Part shown: positions 1 to 13,800 of the stretch, piece by piece
Position numbering within the stretch: position 1 is the first letter of the stretch
Layout of the letters: every line of letters starts with the position of its first letter
NCBI GenBank assembly: GCA_002633005.1
Contig: NMRA01000650.1
Span: 82,850 to 146,849 of the forward strand
Source of the DNA: Phoronis australis
Lineage: Eukaryota > Animalia > Phoronida
DNA length: 64,000 bases
Direction: 5' to 3'
Notes under the pieces: model-generated
The model's database searches: none
What the model was told of the DNA's origin: nothing
Seen by the model: the letters and a program-made list of their open reading frames with translations, nothing else
Made by a program: the position numbers and the translations under genes

Positions 1-125
1 GTGCACGTTTCATCAAACATTGCTGGGAAATTGCAACTGCAAGTCGCGTACCCGTCACCCGTGTTACACCTCTATGATTCAGTTAAACTTGACACTTAAT
101 GAGTTTTTTAAGACATTCACTTCTT

Positions 126-783
126 TGGGGTGGCAAAAATGAAGTGACCAAGTCACTATATCAAAGTGACCCAGCAAACGCTGTCACGGCAGACAATTCA
201 GTAGAAAAAACAACTTGAAAAGTAACAATATTTAATGAAGCTTCCAACATTAAACATTTACATACAAACGTTAATAAGTATCATGACTGGCTTGACCATT
301 CTCCATGTGACACCCAAACTAACATTACTGAGATAGAGTTCATCTTATCAAATCACAAAGCTCGTGCATGGTGCATTTATAGCCAGATCCTTTCTTTCAT
401 CATCCGACTTTGAGCACCATCTTCTGGTGGTCCCCAATTTGTCCGTTGGATGTTACAACATTCAATGTCGGCACAATCAATTTGTTGTTTTTTCTAGTTT
501 TAATGGCATTGCTAGATACTACCTGTAGATGTATGTCAAATGCGTGTATGTAACGTGCCGTAACGTGTTTAACCAAGCCGTAGATTGGTTGCCTAGAGAC
601 GAGCACAATCGACTATCATTCAAGTTGACCAACATGTAATGTAACAAAGGAAATACATTTTAAGCTGAACTGTTTAACTCGTTTCAAAAAATGATCTTGA
701 CATATCAGTAGATAATTGTTACCTCCTTCATAAGATTTTATGCTTTGTGTTTGTTAATATGGGTGCATGTGCAAGGTTGTGCT
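126..783 (-). mobile_element. Segment absent from the paralogous intron; possible degenerate hAT transposase C-terminal remnant
   Basis: Flanks join directly in the paralog at ~32490. Minus-strand SSNAIKTRKNNKLIVPTLNVVTSNG loosely resembles the hAT dimerisation region (IKT..RN.L....L). Confidence 0.3.
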
Positions 784-1820
784 TGTGTCTCGGTGTGTCC
801 GTGTACTGTACGTGTAAACATCTCTCGTATACGGATTGCAGCAATGTTTTAACTACTACTTGTTTCTGATCATTGGAGTAATCTATAAGATTTGAGATTT
901 TGTTAACTTCACGACTTCTGTCTTCATTTTGACTTTCATCTAAGGAACTGTCTATAATGTACAGATCTTATTTTATACTAGTAATATGGACATGCATTCT
1001 AAACTTTTGAGTTAACTACTTGAGATGGAACGGATCGTAGTATCATAAGCCCACTATTACATGGTAGTTTCCACGATGCACGCAGAAAACATATCCTGCA
1101 GCTTAGTGTCTGTTGCATAAAGGATTTAAGTCATTCAAGTACTTAATGCATTAGTTTTAAAGTGTTTTCCACTCTGAAAAAAACGCCAAGCATTTGGCCC
1201 AGGTTGCAGAAAACGGGACCAAGGGCGCTATCCCGTCTTGACAGTGTCCTGATGAAACCAGTCTCATTGTACCTTTGGCTTGGAACCAACGTCACACATG
1301 AACGTAGACGTGTTAACAATGACGTTTTTACCCTGATTCAAGTTTTTAACAGGAAATTGCGATCTCATTTTTAATTGTAAAATACAAATAAAATGTAACT
1401 AAAAAACCCAAACCGACTCCGAATTCGTTGGACAATTTGGTTCAGCCATGGCGCGATGTATGTCGTATTGTTAAATCTATACTGATAACAACTTAGGGAT
1501 CTTTTCATGTTTACATATTATAAAAAATATAACATCACTGAAGTCTATTGCGTTGCAGCACCGAAGCATTAAACGTCTAAGTTCTTTGTTGTACAGTTCT
1601 CCGAATCTTGAAAAATGCTACTTTGTTGTACTTAAAATGAATGAGTTTGAGGCAGTCTTGACCTACCTGTTGTTATTATATTTGTAAATGCAGAATGTAA
1701 TTAACTGGTAATTTTGAGATCTTCGCCAGGTTTTGTGTTGCTCAAGTTAATAAACTTTCCATGAAGAAATGTCAATGTACTAGTAATTATTTCTGTGTTT
1801 TGAATTTTGTTTCGTTTCAG

Positions 1821-1839
1821 GAAGAGTCGAATACAACAG
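1821..1839 (+). CDS. Micro-exon A1 (19 nt, EESNTT), linker after an upstream ZU5/UPA exon
   Basis: ttcgtttcag|GAAGAGTCGAATACAACAG|gtaag. Paralog of A3 (33538) with an in-frame 36-nt deletion. Confidence 0.75.
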
Positions 1840-4800
1840 GTAAGAATTATTGAGTTTTCATAGCGTGAATTAAAATCACCTTCGTGGCGTATACCGCTCT
1901 GTAGCCCTATTTTCTCTTAAAAGCAAGATACCAGAAGACAATTCAAATTCACTATAGTGAAACGCTTGTGTTTCCTAAGGTTAGTATGGTAGCTAGCTTA
2001 ATAGCCTGACTTACGTGGAAAAAAATGGTGTTCGCTGAACGTTTTTGCCAAAATAATGGCCGAAGGAAAACCCACTCGAAATGTTTATTATTGAATGTTC
2101 TCAACAGCCGTGATTCTCCTCAATTAATGGAGTACTTTTAAACTGGAAGAGTTACGTGTAGCAACCACTATCAAGAAATATCACCTTCAAAACATTTCAG
2201 TGGCGTGTATCCTGGTTTTCTAGAGTAAACTAACAGGACATCACAGGATTATAACTAATTATAACCATGTCTAGGAAAGAGTTGAATCATGCTAAAAACG
2301 GCTACCTGTATTGTTAAAGTAGCTTAGGATTGTGTCTGTTTATTCTCAGGAAAACGGCGAGGAACAGGAAAACTTCATCAACACGTGCTACTGGAAGTTA
2401 CTGAACGTGTCATTGGTGGAGATTTTGAAAAACTAAAGGAGTTGTGTGAAGATTGGTTTAAGTAAGAAAAACAACATTACGTGTTTACGAATTATTCATA
2501 TGCTGCACAGTGACTGCAAATAATCGCCAGTCTATCAAACTTCGTTATAAAGTTATCTAGAGCACTACTTTGGTCGGTCAAGAAGTGCCAATTTCAAAGT
2601 GAAACAAAATGCGTAAGAAGCTGTTGATTCAGTCAGACAAAAAACGCGCCACTTCGATTATAAAAGCATGAATTACGACTCCATTTTTGTCAGAAGAATC
2701 AAATAAAATCACTCGCCTTTGCTCTAAACTAAATGCTCGAAGGTAATTGTGGAATTGCTAGCACTCAAAATAGCTTTTAAAGGCCAAAACCACGAGATTT
2801 CGCTTGAGTCGAGTTACCAAAAGACAAGTGTACATGGCACCACTGGCGCCGTCTAATGTTGAAGATGTTCCAGGTTTGTGTGGGTTTAATTTTTCAGAAG
2901 CTTATGTATTCTGCAAAATATCTTCAAAATAGTAGTTTTGTCTCAGTAACTGTTAAATCTTTTTTGAATCTACAAACCCTGTAGAGTTTGACTTGTGACC
3001 TTATACCAAACTGTTAATAATTGAGTCACGAGAACTCTCATTGTAACAAAAATAAACAAAAAAGAACGTTACGTCTGTAACAAAACAGTTCCAATAACAT
3101 GACTATGTTTCTTCTATACAAATGTTCAACTAGATATTTCAAATGGACTCACTGTTTCCAAAATTATACTTTCGTTTTCGCGTCATACCACTCTAGGTTT
3201 TTTAAGAATTATAATAAAAGCTTTTTACAACCCCTCATGCAAAAGTGACAATATTCAAAAACCTCTCAGAACAACATTTTAGAGAATCTTCCATAACGCA
3301 TCATATAATCATATGAATCCCGAAAGTCATTTGTAAGATCTAATGTTGCGATTGTTATTCCCAAAGTTGGCCATTTTCGAGGCTCTAACATAACCTTAAA
3401 CCACAGTGAGCGTTGCAAAACAAAGTTTGTTTTCTCAAAACTTGGGTCTCATATATTAGCCTTCATGTTTCATGATATTAGAAATATGGCATCTTCACAT
3501 CTCATTTCATGTCATTTTCCAACTTTTTAAATAATCTTCATGGGGACATAAAATATATCGCATTCGTTAAATGCAGTTGTCAATGAAAATACATTTCCAT
3601 TACAGTTGGAAGTAGTTTCTTTTCTTTAAATATTAAATATGCGTCAGCTTATCTGTGAATGTGATCAACACGTAATTGTGGGAGATTTAGCACCCAATTT
3701 GGCGAACGTGTAGACTGGTATTTTTCAATTGACCGCAACAGATCGCTGGTGATACAGTTTTATAAGGATGTAGCAGTAAAGTTTTTTAATAGCTTGTCGA
3801 CACTTTTAGTTAAATAATTCGGCTCCACATGTTTGTCGAGTTTCCCATCCATGCCAGATCGTGCAAATGTATCAATCAGTCAGTCAATAATCGTTTTTAG
3901 TGATCTGTAGCTACCCAGCTACAAATGAGGGTTAGATGTCTATTTCCAAACTGAACGTACAGGATAGGACAAGCGTATAATGTACTAACATACTAAACCG
4001 CAGATTAAACAAATTTGCATTTTAATTCATTTTTTTTGAAATTTGAAAAAATATTTTCTCTGAACTTCCAATTTTGCGGCAGTTAATTGCTTTACGATGT
4101 TGCTTAATCTTTTTTTCGTTTTATGCGGCCGCATGCCTAAATGTATATGCGAGTGCGCCACGCTTTCACCCCCTTCTGGCATCCCTTTTAGGGTTTTTCT
4201 TTCGTTCGGTGACCATCCACTGTTTTATATCCAAAAACCCTGGGTGGATTGTACGGTGTGACCTTTTTTTAGATGGATCCCATTACCCTAGGGTGTGCCG
4301 TTTAATGGCGAATTTAACTTTTACGCTTCACCTTGTATCTTTCGAGTTATGAAGGAATTTTCGTAAAAAGTTTGGAAATAGGTATTTCTTTGAGAATAAT
4401 TCGCCGTCTTATTGATTTGTTGAGAGAGAATTTACGTGCATCTTTTCTGCAACTTCTACATGTAGTCTTTGTCTTAAACGTTTTTAAGGGTTCTTGGAGT
4501 CAGCTTTCTCCGTACCAAGCTATTTTAAGGATTGAAATATTGACATGAGATTGGCATATTCATGTATGTTAAGGACGATTGTGAACACATGCGTGGTCCT
4601 TCTGGGACGCAGACGGCTTACGATGATTTTTCGATGGCTCTTCACAACGGTGGCACCGCGTAATGGCAATTTGATTTTCTTGTTTTGTCAGTAATACCTG
4701 CTTAGACGGATTGTCATGAAATTTGGCACAACATTTGTGCAAAAGCGAACATAGTCATGACTGTGTGTACTATTGACCTATTGTGAGTCAATTATTGCCA

Positions 4801-7800
4801 GTGACCATTTTTGGAATTTAGAAATTGTTTATTGGTGCACGTCTCTGTAAAGTTTCTAGTAAAGTTATCATTATGAAAACTGGCATATGTATTTCTACCG
4901 AAAACACCACAGCTAATGTTGGAAAGTTCCGACTGCTGTGGTACCTCTTTATGGTGTTTGTTTGTTTTTTGTCTGTGGTGGTATCGGATCCTATACTTCA
5001 TGCAGGATCTGTAATAAATTTGTGTGAAATCTTTTTTACATTTCCTGGAGTCCTTCACGGAATATCATGAAACATGGCTAATGAATTCTATCCAACACAC
5101 AATAATAACCTTTTAAATGAATTCAACATATTGCGTGATACCTTTTGGTCATTCCTAATGCAAATAAACTGTTTTGCAATTTTCCTAACTATTGGACTCA
5201 ACAGTGTAAAGAGAGTTTCACGTGTGATTAAATTGACACATGTGTTTCTACTTTGACGTGCACGGCTGTCCACGATTAGAGACTGGGATCGACTGTTGCG
5301 GCGTCATATTTATTACTTTGCTGTTCAATACTACATGTATTTCCTCCGTGGATCATCGTGGAATTGGACACGATTACAATGTACATGTATATTCCAGAGA
5401 TATAGTACAAGTGATGTGGATTTTTGTCAAATCCCACTCTTGGTGCCCCAGTGGTTCCGTCAGTGGTCGCCGTAGCACCACGGCAAACTATCAAAACCGC
5501 AGACCTTCGCCATGGAACGGAGGAAACTTTGAACATGCTCTGCAGTGGGATCACCAATACATTCTCATGACCGCCGTGGCACCATACAGGGACCGCAGAA
5601 GCACCTCCGTGACCGCCGTGCTTCCTCAGTTCAACTGCGTGCAATCACTTAAAACGTAGACTGGCGACACTACGGCGATCTCGTAACGGTTCTACTGCAG
5701 TACTACCATAGAAGCACTGAGGGTAAGGGAATACCACTGAGGAGTCAGCGAGGAATTTGGCCATCTTACTGCGGTGCTACTTCGCTCCCACGGCGGTGTT
5801 TTTGAGCTGCTTTTGCGGCAATGACATTTCCACCGAGATTGCACCGAGGTGCTTGCGCAGTGCTACAGCAATCCTAATTTTTAGAATAAAAGGTTCGTTT
5901 TTCATCTTAAATTTCAGTGTTCTAAAAATCTTGAGTTGAGATCGGCAGTCAGTATTGAAAGCTCAACGGAATAACAGATAACAATAGAAATTTGATCGTC
6001 ATACACCAGTTGCTGCATGTGCAGCAATACCAGTCAAAAGATGAGCAACCAATAATTGCCCTGGAGCGAAGAAGAAGACGACCAAGACGAAAAAGACACT
6101 GGGACAGACCTCAGCTGGGCGATGTGAGACGTTAGCATTTTGGCCACTACAACCAGCTTATGGTCGAGTTCAGTAGAGAGGGTCCAGCCCGGTGCCAGAA
6201 TTCCCTCAGCTAGATTCAGTCCGAGATGTTTGATGAGTTACTTGTCAGGGTTGGATCAGATATCACAAAGAAGGACAGTAAGTACAGAAAGGCCTTGTAC
6301 ACAGGGACGAATGTGGCTGCAACTCTTCGTCAATTGGGCTCTAATCAAGTTCGATTTCAGGATACCAGCAAACATAGTATCTGTGTTGGTCAAGGAAGTC
6401 TGCCAGGCCATTGCTGAAGCGTCTAAAGACGAGGTGATCCAGTGCCCTACGACCCAAGACGAATGTAAAGCTGTAGCTGACAAGTTCAAGCAGCGCTAGG
6501 ACGCCCCTTTGCTGTTGAGCTCTGGGTGGAAAGCACGTCGCAATTCGCAAACCTCCCAGAAGTGGAAGCTTCTTTCACAATTAAAAGGGATTCTATTCAG
6601 TGGTGTTGATGGGACTTGTTGACGCTGAATACCAATTCCTCTGGATAGATGTTGGTGGAGATGGATACACGTCTGATGCGCGATACCATATCAGCAGGAA
6701 TGCTACTGGCTTATCAAGCCTGGCTGCTTGCTCAGGCCACGGAGAGTTCTTCTACATGTTATCTTTAGGAGCATTGAGCTTCTTGTTATAAAGCTCCGGA
6801 TGGCCACATGGCAAGTCCGACATGACGTCCTCTTCATTAAGATCAGTACAGACTTTTTATTCTTTGGTTGGCTAGTTACGGACTGCTGGTCAGACTCTGC
6901 AGCATCTTCAGCACCAGAAGCACAATCAGCGTGCTCATCCTGTGAAGACTCGTCATGTGCTTCATGCTGGCTTTCCTCACTCTGACAGTTTCAGCGGCTT
7001 CAGAATGTGATAGTAACAGTAACAATAACGGTTGTAGCAAAGTCCTTGGCAGGAGCAAATATGGGACGGAATTGCACCAAATACCACCACCCATATACTA
7101 ACCACTGCGCGTACGTCTTAGAGCCGTTCTGAAGCAGCAGCGCCCACGCAGTAGCGCCTCAGTAGTGCTGCCTTCCCCGCAATGGCACCTCACAGGTCCC
7201 GTAGAGCTGCCTAGCAGTCAAGCCACCAATGATTGCAATAGCACCGCCATCAAGCTGCAGTGGTACCTCATAGAATCTCCATGTCCTCCTTGACACCGCC
7301 GTGGCTCCGCTCCTGCACCTGAGTAGCACCGTAAGAAAGCATGTCTGACGGGTAGGGGAAAACTATGAAAATACCACTGACGGTGTCACTACGTAATGAC
7401 TGTTTTGACCAAAATCCGTGGTGGCACCGCTCCTCTGTTTTGACGGGGGCTTAACATCGTTTCAAGAAAGTTGAATATCAATACGTAATGTTAAATCTTA
7501 GAGCACCTTCCCCGTGATACTCATTTTTAGAGTAGCTCCATCACTGAGGTAATCATGGGGGTGTAACTGATGAGCTAAAACTATTGAGGATCTTCATCAA
7601 TGTTTTTATTTGAGAACTGTGGAATCGTCCTGATTTGTATCACGAAGGTTTTTTATTCACATGTACAACTTTTGCTCAGGCTTATGTGAGCAGGCGTGAT
7701 TTTAGATTGATGTGATTTTGAATGTCTTGTTGCTTTTCAGACCAGCAGTACTGCAAAATGTAAGAAACACTCGAGAACTTCTTGAACTGCTTCAGCGGCA

Positions 7801-10800
7801 AGAGATAATTAATGTTGGAGATTACAGTGAATTAACCCGCTTGCTGCACCAGCTCCATCTGGAGGAACTTGCAGAACTGGTGGAAGAACTGTCAAGTGAA
7901 ATAAAGGGACCAGGTATGAGAGACAATGGTGACCAATTTTATGTGAATACTCAACAACCACTTGGATATAAATATTATTTAGTAAACTGGTGGATTTAAC
8001 AGTGAATTGCGCCGCAATAACACATCTGCAGGGGTCATTAGTGTGTTATTACACCACTTGGTGGCGCTCAAGAAAGGCTCTTGAAACTGATTCCGATGTA
8101 ATATTTTCCATCTTTATGAATCCCGGAAGTACAGCTGGTTATTTGAAAAAATACACAATCAGCTGTTTGACCCCAAAACCATGGTTTGCATGCAATTACT
8201 AAGAAGTTAAAAAAGATGCGCTGAAACTGACAAAATGCTCTGCATTAAAGGAGTCAGGTTAAAAGTGATTGTCGACAAGAAAATGTTTTGAAAATCCAAA
8301 TTATCTGTACGTCTCCTGAATTTTCCGAAAAAATTGCCGCTTAATTTCCCGTTAGCAAGCAGTATGTGTTTAAGAAAACCCACGGCAGAGCAAAACGTGA
8401 GTTAAAGTGTGTAAAGCCAACAGCCGTATACTCAGAACAGGTAGGAATTAAACCGTGACTCAAAAATATTGAGGACCAACAAGATCACTTATAACTCGAA
8501 CTTTACTTCAAATCAAACGACAGTGCCATCCCTGATGGTGAGACATACATGTACTAAGGGAAGGTTTCAGTTGTCAAATGAATGACGATACTTTATGATA
8601 AATTATAATCCATACAGATTCAGATTTTTTTTAATATTCTATGGCTTGTCTGAATCAAATTGCATAGAATCACTGTTTTCAAAAAGGGAGAGCTCTCAAA
8701 CAGGCGTGGTCCGTGCCCAATTACTTTTGACCTTTCCCTGTCAATGTCCAACGATGTTTAACACGATGAATGAATTGTTGGCTGCCAAATAGACTACCTG
8801 TATACAGCATATTGCGTTTTGTGAGAGAAGGTGATGCCAAGTTACCCGTTTATTATTTTTCAGTTATCGTGAATTTCACAATCTCACAAATCCACTAGGA
8901 ATTTGTTTTACAGGAATTATTTACACTAATTTTTTGTGTTATGGCTAACAATTTCCTGGAGTAAGTCCTGCAAAAACTGTTCTTGTGTAAAAATAGTTTA
9001 TGTCATGCAGTTTTCAAGTGATGTTTCTAAGCCCGTCTGTTTGCATCAAAGACAACATCTTACGCAATTTTGGCAGCTATCACAATTGTGTTTGGTCTCG
9101 TGACTACATGTTGAGGGTTTCCTGAGTCGTTTTTGTTCATATATGTTCTTGTATCAGTTTGATTTCTTTGAAAAAATCTGAACGTTTAAGATTTGTATTT
9201 TGAAAATTATCTTTCTAGCACACCACTTAGCTGAAATTATGGTAATTTTTACTAAATGACCTCTTTACAAAATCGCAATTTAACCGATCTTAAAAGGCAA
9301 TAGGTGTTTTTTACTATTTTCAAGTAAATATGGTTTCACATTCATTTATGTGACAATGTCTGTTCCGTTTGTAACGAGTCAAATCCTCACAACCTTTGGA
9401 ACAAAAAAGTGTTCAGGGATCTGTTTTTATTTGTGTGTAGAGTTACATGTAAATGTCTCACTATATTCGAAGCACTGGCATTACACAAGATAGGCATAGC
9501 AGGTAACTAAAGCAATTCCAAGCGTTTAAATAACCAATAGTTCATCGGCTAAAATCAAGCTTCTAGAAGTGTTCATCAATATCACAAAAATGGCTCCCGA
9601 GTGACGCAAAATATCTCAGCCGTCTTGAAAATCGGAGTGTGTCATCATCTTGCTAACAGACAGATATTTACCTCATTGTCCGGAGTTGCAGGGGCAAACA
9701 TAAAACATAAAACATCAAATCGCCATTAAAATGCACCTCTATCGTTGAAATCCGCCAGTGTGATGTTCGTATTAATACATATACCTAAGTTTCCCAAGAA
9801 CGGTTTGAGTTTAGTGTTGCTAAGGTATTAAACAACTAGTTTTGTATGTAACCAAAAGCCTCAAAATAGCTCAACTTTGTACAGCACTGAAAAATGTCCA
9901 ATATGGAAACACAGGTTGGTTAGCAACAAAATGCCACGTGATACCGATTTGTGTTTACTTGGCACTAAATATGTGTCATAAGTGAAGAAATTCCAAAAAA
10001 TGTCACGTGTAGAGAAGGCGTTACTTTTACTTCGGATGTTAACAAGGCCAGGACTTGGCTCCTATAACTGCAGGAAGAGAATGAATATTTTGAAAGAGAA
10101 ATTTGTTGAGTATTATTGGAGTTTTGTGATGTACTTTGGACCTAGAAATTTCAATTTCAATAACTCACTCATTCTTAGTACACGGCTGAAGATGCTACCA
10201 ACCATTTGCACTGGTGACCACGATAAGTCCATGGGCTCGAAATAAAGTGTGAAAAACAATCGTAGTATCCAGCGGAAGAGTAAATACTAGCTAGAAATTG
10301 GGTCACTCTCACTCGCGGCAATGGAGTTGCGACGCCTGTTTTCGAACATCACTTTTTACGAGTCCAAATTGGAAAAGACGAGTGGAAATACATTTATGCC
10401 GACACTCGAAATTTCCTATCGGATATTTATAACCCAGGTTTATATCAATATAGATTTGGTAAAATTGCCAAAGAACCAATATTTTATGCTTGCGTCCTCG
10501 TGTTTTTGATAAACTGAAAAATTCCCCAAGAATCCGCTTTGTAGGAATTATAATTTCAATTAATGAGTTCTGTGAAGAATATAATTTACGGGAATATTGT
10601 TTTTAGGACTTTTTTGTCACAGTGCTTGGATGGGCACTATCGTGTTATTATACCGAGTATTTACTTAAGTGCATTATCGTAATGAGGACACTTGAATATT
10701 CGATTGTATTCTTTACTAGTAAACTTTATGATCTGTCATTCACACGGAATTCTGCATGGCAGCTCTGAAAATTTCAAACATCTCTGTTGATCAGGTTCAA

Positions 10801-13800
10801 TTTGAGTATGACTACATTGTGTATATAACAGGCTTTATACTTGCTACCATGACAGGTTTCAATTTTGTTTAAAAACCCCATTTTTGAATAAAGAAATCCG
10901 GTGTTAAATAGTGATGGAGTTTAATTGTATTTCAAATGAAAAGAACAATGACAAGGCAGTTTGATGCTCCTTGAAGGCAAAAAGTGTCCATGTATATAGT
11001 CGCAATATCTTTATCAGTCCTTTTTGATGTTCTTTCACGCTTCTTCGAAATGAAGACAATTAGAACAAACAATGTTGTGACATACAAAACAAAATTTATG
11101 TTATAAAAATCTAGAATGTCAAATGAATGGGAATATTTCTTAACTTACCTTACATGTAGTTAGGTTTAGTGTATTAAACCACTAACATTTGTCAAATCCG
11201 AGTCTATTTTGTTGGCATTGGTTGTCTCATGGTTATTACTTTTGAGTCTATTGTTAACTCGTTGTTATCTTTGTTTATTAGAATCATGCGTGGAAAAAGA
11301 CATACCTCAGCCCTCAAAGAGGGCAAGGAAGACAAATGTAGGTAAGTTCCGTCATTAAAACCATGGATATAAAAAGGAGGTAAAGCTCAACTCACTATTT
11401 CTATTCGCTGTCTAACTTGAACTTCTAAGGTTGACTATACTGGAATTAGAATTGTGAGAGAAGAGGGAGACAAGTCACCAAACGAAATCCAATCGGACGT
11501 CCAGTGGCAGCCATTGTTGCTTCATGGACCGTAGAGACATCTAGTGGGCGTGTGTGCACTAAACAAATATGGCAAGACATGACGGCTCCAGTCGGTAAAA
11601 AGCAATGGTGCTTTTTGCATGTCTGCAGCTTTGCAGCAATTAATTGAACATTCGTGACTGATGCGTTTTTGCTTCTCCACTGTTTAAGATCAGATGTTCA
11701 CGATTGAAACAAAGAATGTTTTTGTGTGAAACTGTTGCCAGTCAACCAGGGCTGGACTGGGTGATTTGAACTTAATGTCTTCATTGTTCCCTGCATTTGA
11801 TCCCTTCCATGGAATATTATCGTTAACTGTTTGAATGACTTTGGGAACTACTGATTAGTTTATTCTACGCCCATTGATTGCTTTCTTTCATTTCTTTCTG
11901 CAGTCTTCATACATTCAGATCCAAAAAAGATAATAATATTTACAATTTTTTCTTATTTACTAATTTATCATCGTTATGTTGTCATATTTTTATCCCTTTT
12001 AATTCTGTTTTTATTATTGTTTATTTGTTTTTATTTATTTATTCATTGTTTTTATTTGTTTGCTATTGCTTACATGCTGACTGCAGTTGGTCAATAATCT
12101 TGATATGACCATGACATGGACGTAGTGCATACTAAGTATTAAATGTAGGATTTGGTAACCTGCTTGATAAATTTTCATAGGAATTGTTGAATGAAGTGTT
12201 CTTTTAAAAGCAAAGTGAGCTCTACACCGCGGGGTACTTCGGAAGTACGTCTATTACCTTGGAAACCCATTAACATTCATTGACGATGCCGTTTGTTTAG
12301 ATGTTTCGTTTTGACACGCTTCTTAAAACATCAAGTCAAGAAATTAGGCGTTCTTACTTTGTTTACTTTGAAGTTGGCTTGGCGATGTGGGCTGAATATG
12401 CCTGAACTAAGTGCTAATAGTTGATTTTAAAAAGTGTGAATTGTTTACGAGAGCTGGAACGCATCGTCAAAACTACCCTAACTGAACTGTGTATTCAATT
12501 GGCATCTTACCTGTGGTCATACAAGGCAGGTTTATTAGACTTCAGTCAGAAATTCCATCTCTTGCTTCTTTTCAACTCCTCACCCCTCTTGAATCCAGTT
12601 TCATTCACCACAACCTACCCCAATACGTTACCCAATTCAGATACCATCAGGCACGGATGCTGGGTGTCCATTGAATCAGTCTCAAATAGCAACTCCACTC
12701 TGTTCCCTAAAAGTCCTGCATATTTTGAGCTTTCTACGTTGAATTCTCAATATTATTGAAAATAACTAAGGATCTTTTCATGCAACGCCCCCTTAAGGAC
12801 TAAGTCCCTAAATGTTTTGACTGATTTAAGGAATCGGCTTTTAGTTACAATATTATAAAACGTCATAAGTCAACAGAGGACCTCGTAATGATTGAAGATA
12901 AATGCGAGAAAATATAAAAAACTGTGAGTAAAGAATTTAAAAATACGCAAAAGACTTAAATAACACAGTTGAGCACAGACAAATCCTTTGCCAAAGGTGT
13001 TCAGACCCCCAATTTTCCCTCGATTTTAGTGATGTCAAAGTTGACTTGGGCCACCCTACTTAAAAAAATCTTTGATCGGACCCCCCTTTTTAAAAAATCC
13101 TAGATCTTCCCCTGTTGACACGATATTTGGGAATGTTTCAAGTAACTGAGCACAGTCGTAACGTGTGGGTTTTCGAAACAATTATATAAAAACATTTTGA
13201 GAGTTATTTTTTCAATTATATTTTAAAATAAAGTTTGTGCACTGCAAGTTTAAATAATTAATTGTTAATTAATTGATATTAACACCTGGAATATTAGGAA
13301 AGGAATATATTTCCGCCTCCAATTTTTTGGTTGAGGGGCGCCCCCTCCCCGTTTTTGCTTCTTCATCAGATCCATATTATGTTTATTACTAACCTGAACT
13401 CCATGGACAAATCCTACGTACAGGTACTATACGTGCTCACCCTCCAATCACCTATTTTCACCTGTTTACCTCTGTTTACTGAGTCACTACTTTGATTATG
13501 ATGTATTTACGGTAATTTTTATTACCTTTACTGCACATATTTTCTTGATATACTCCGTTTTGCTTATGTGTATTATCCATTGCACTACTCACGTTTTTTA
13601 ATGATTAGTCTTGTTAACGTCTTTGGGTGGCAATGACTTTGTCTATTTTTTATGTTTTGATGTTCTTTCACGCTTCTTCAAAGTGAAGACAATGAGAACA
13701 AACAATGGTGTGACACACAAAACAAAACAAAATTAATGTTATAAAAACATGGAATGACAAATGAAAGTGAATATTTCTTAACTTCACTTAGTTACGATCA

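Larger units (their letters stand above)
5441..7451 (+). mobile_element. Degenerate PIF/Harbinger transposon, copy 1 (left end deleted)
   Basis: Right TIR ...TGACGGGGGCT followed by TAA. Contains transposase and Myb/MADF-like remnants. Paralog at 41863-44549. Confidence 0.85.

Noticed and set aside
5240-5939. GC-rich ORFs at 5240-5939 and 41705-42183
   Set aside because: They fall in Harbinger sub-terminal repeat sequence and have no domain-like features. Similarity between the two sites reflects the duplication.
9982-10245. ORF family recurring at 9982, 21658, 23059 and 48179 (..LLLRMLTRPGLGSYNCRK..)
   Set aside because: The copies differ by frameshifts and stops and lack consistent splice sites. 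They are paralogous copies of intronic repeat-derived sequence.
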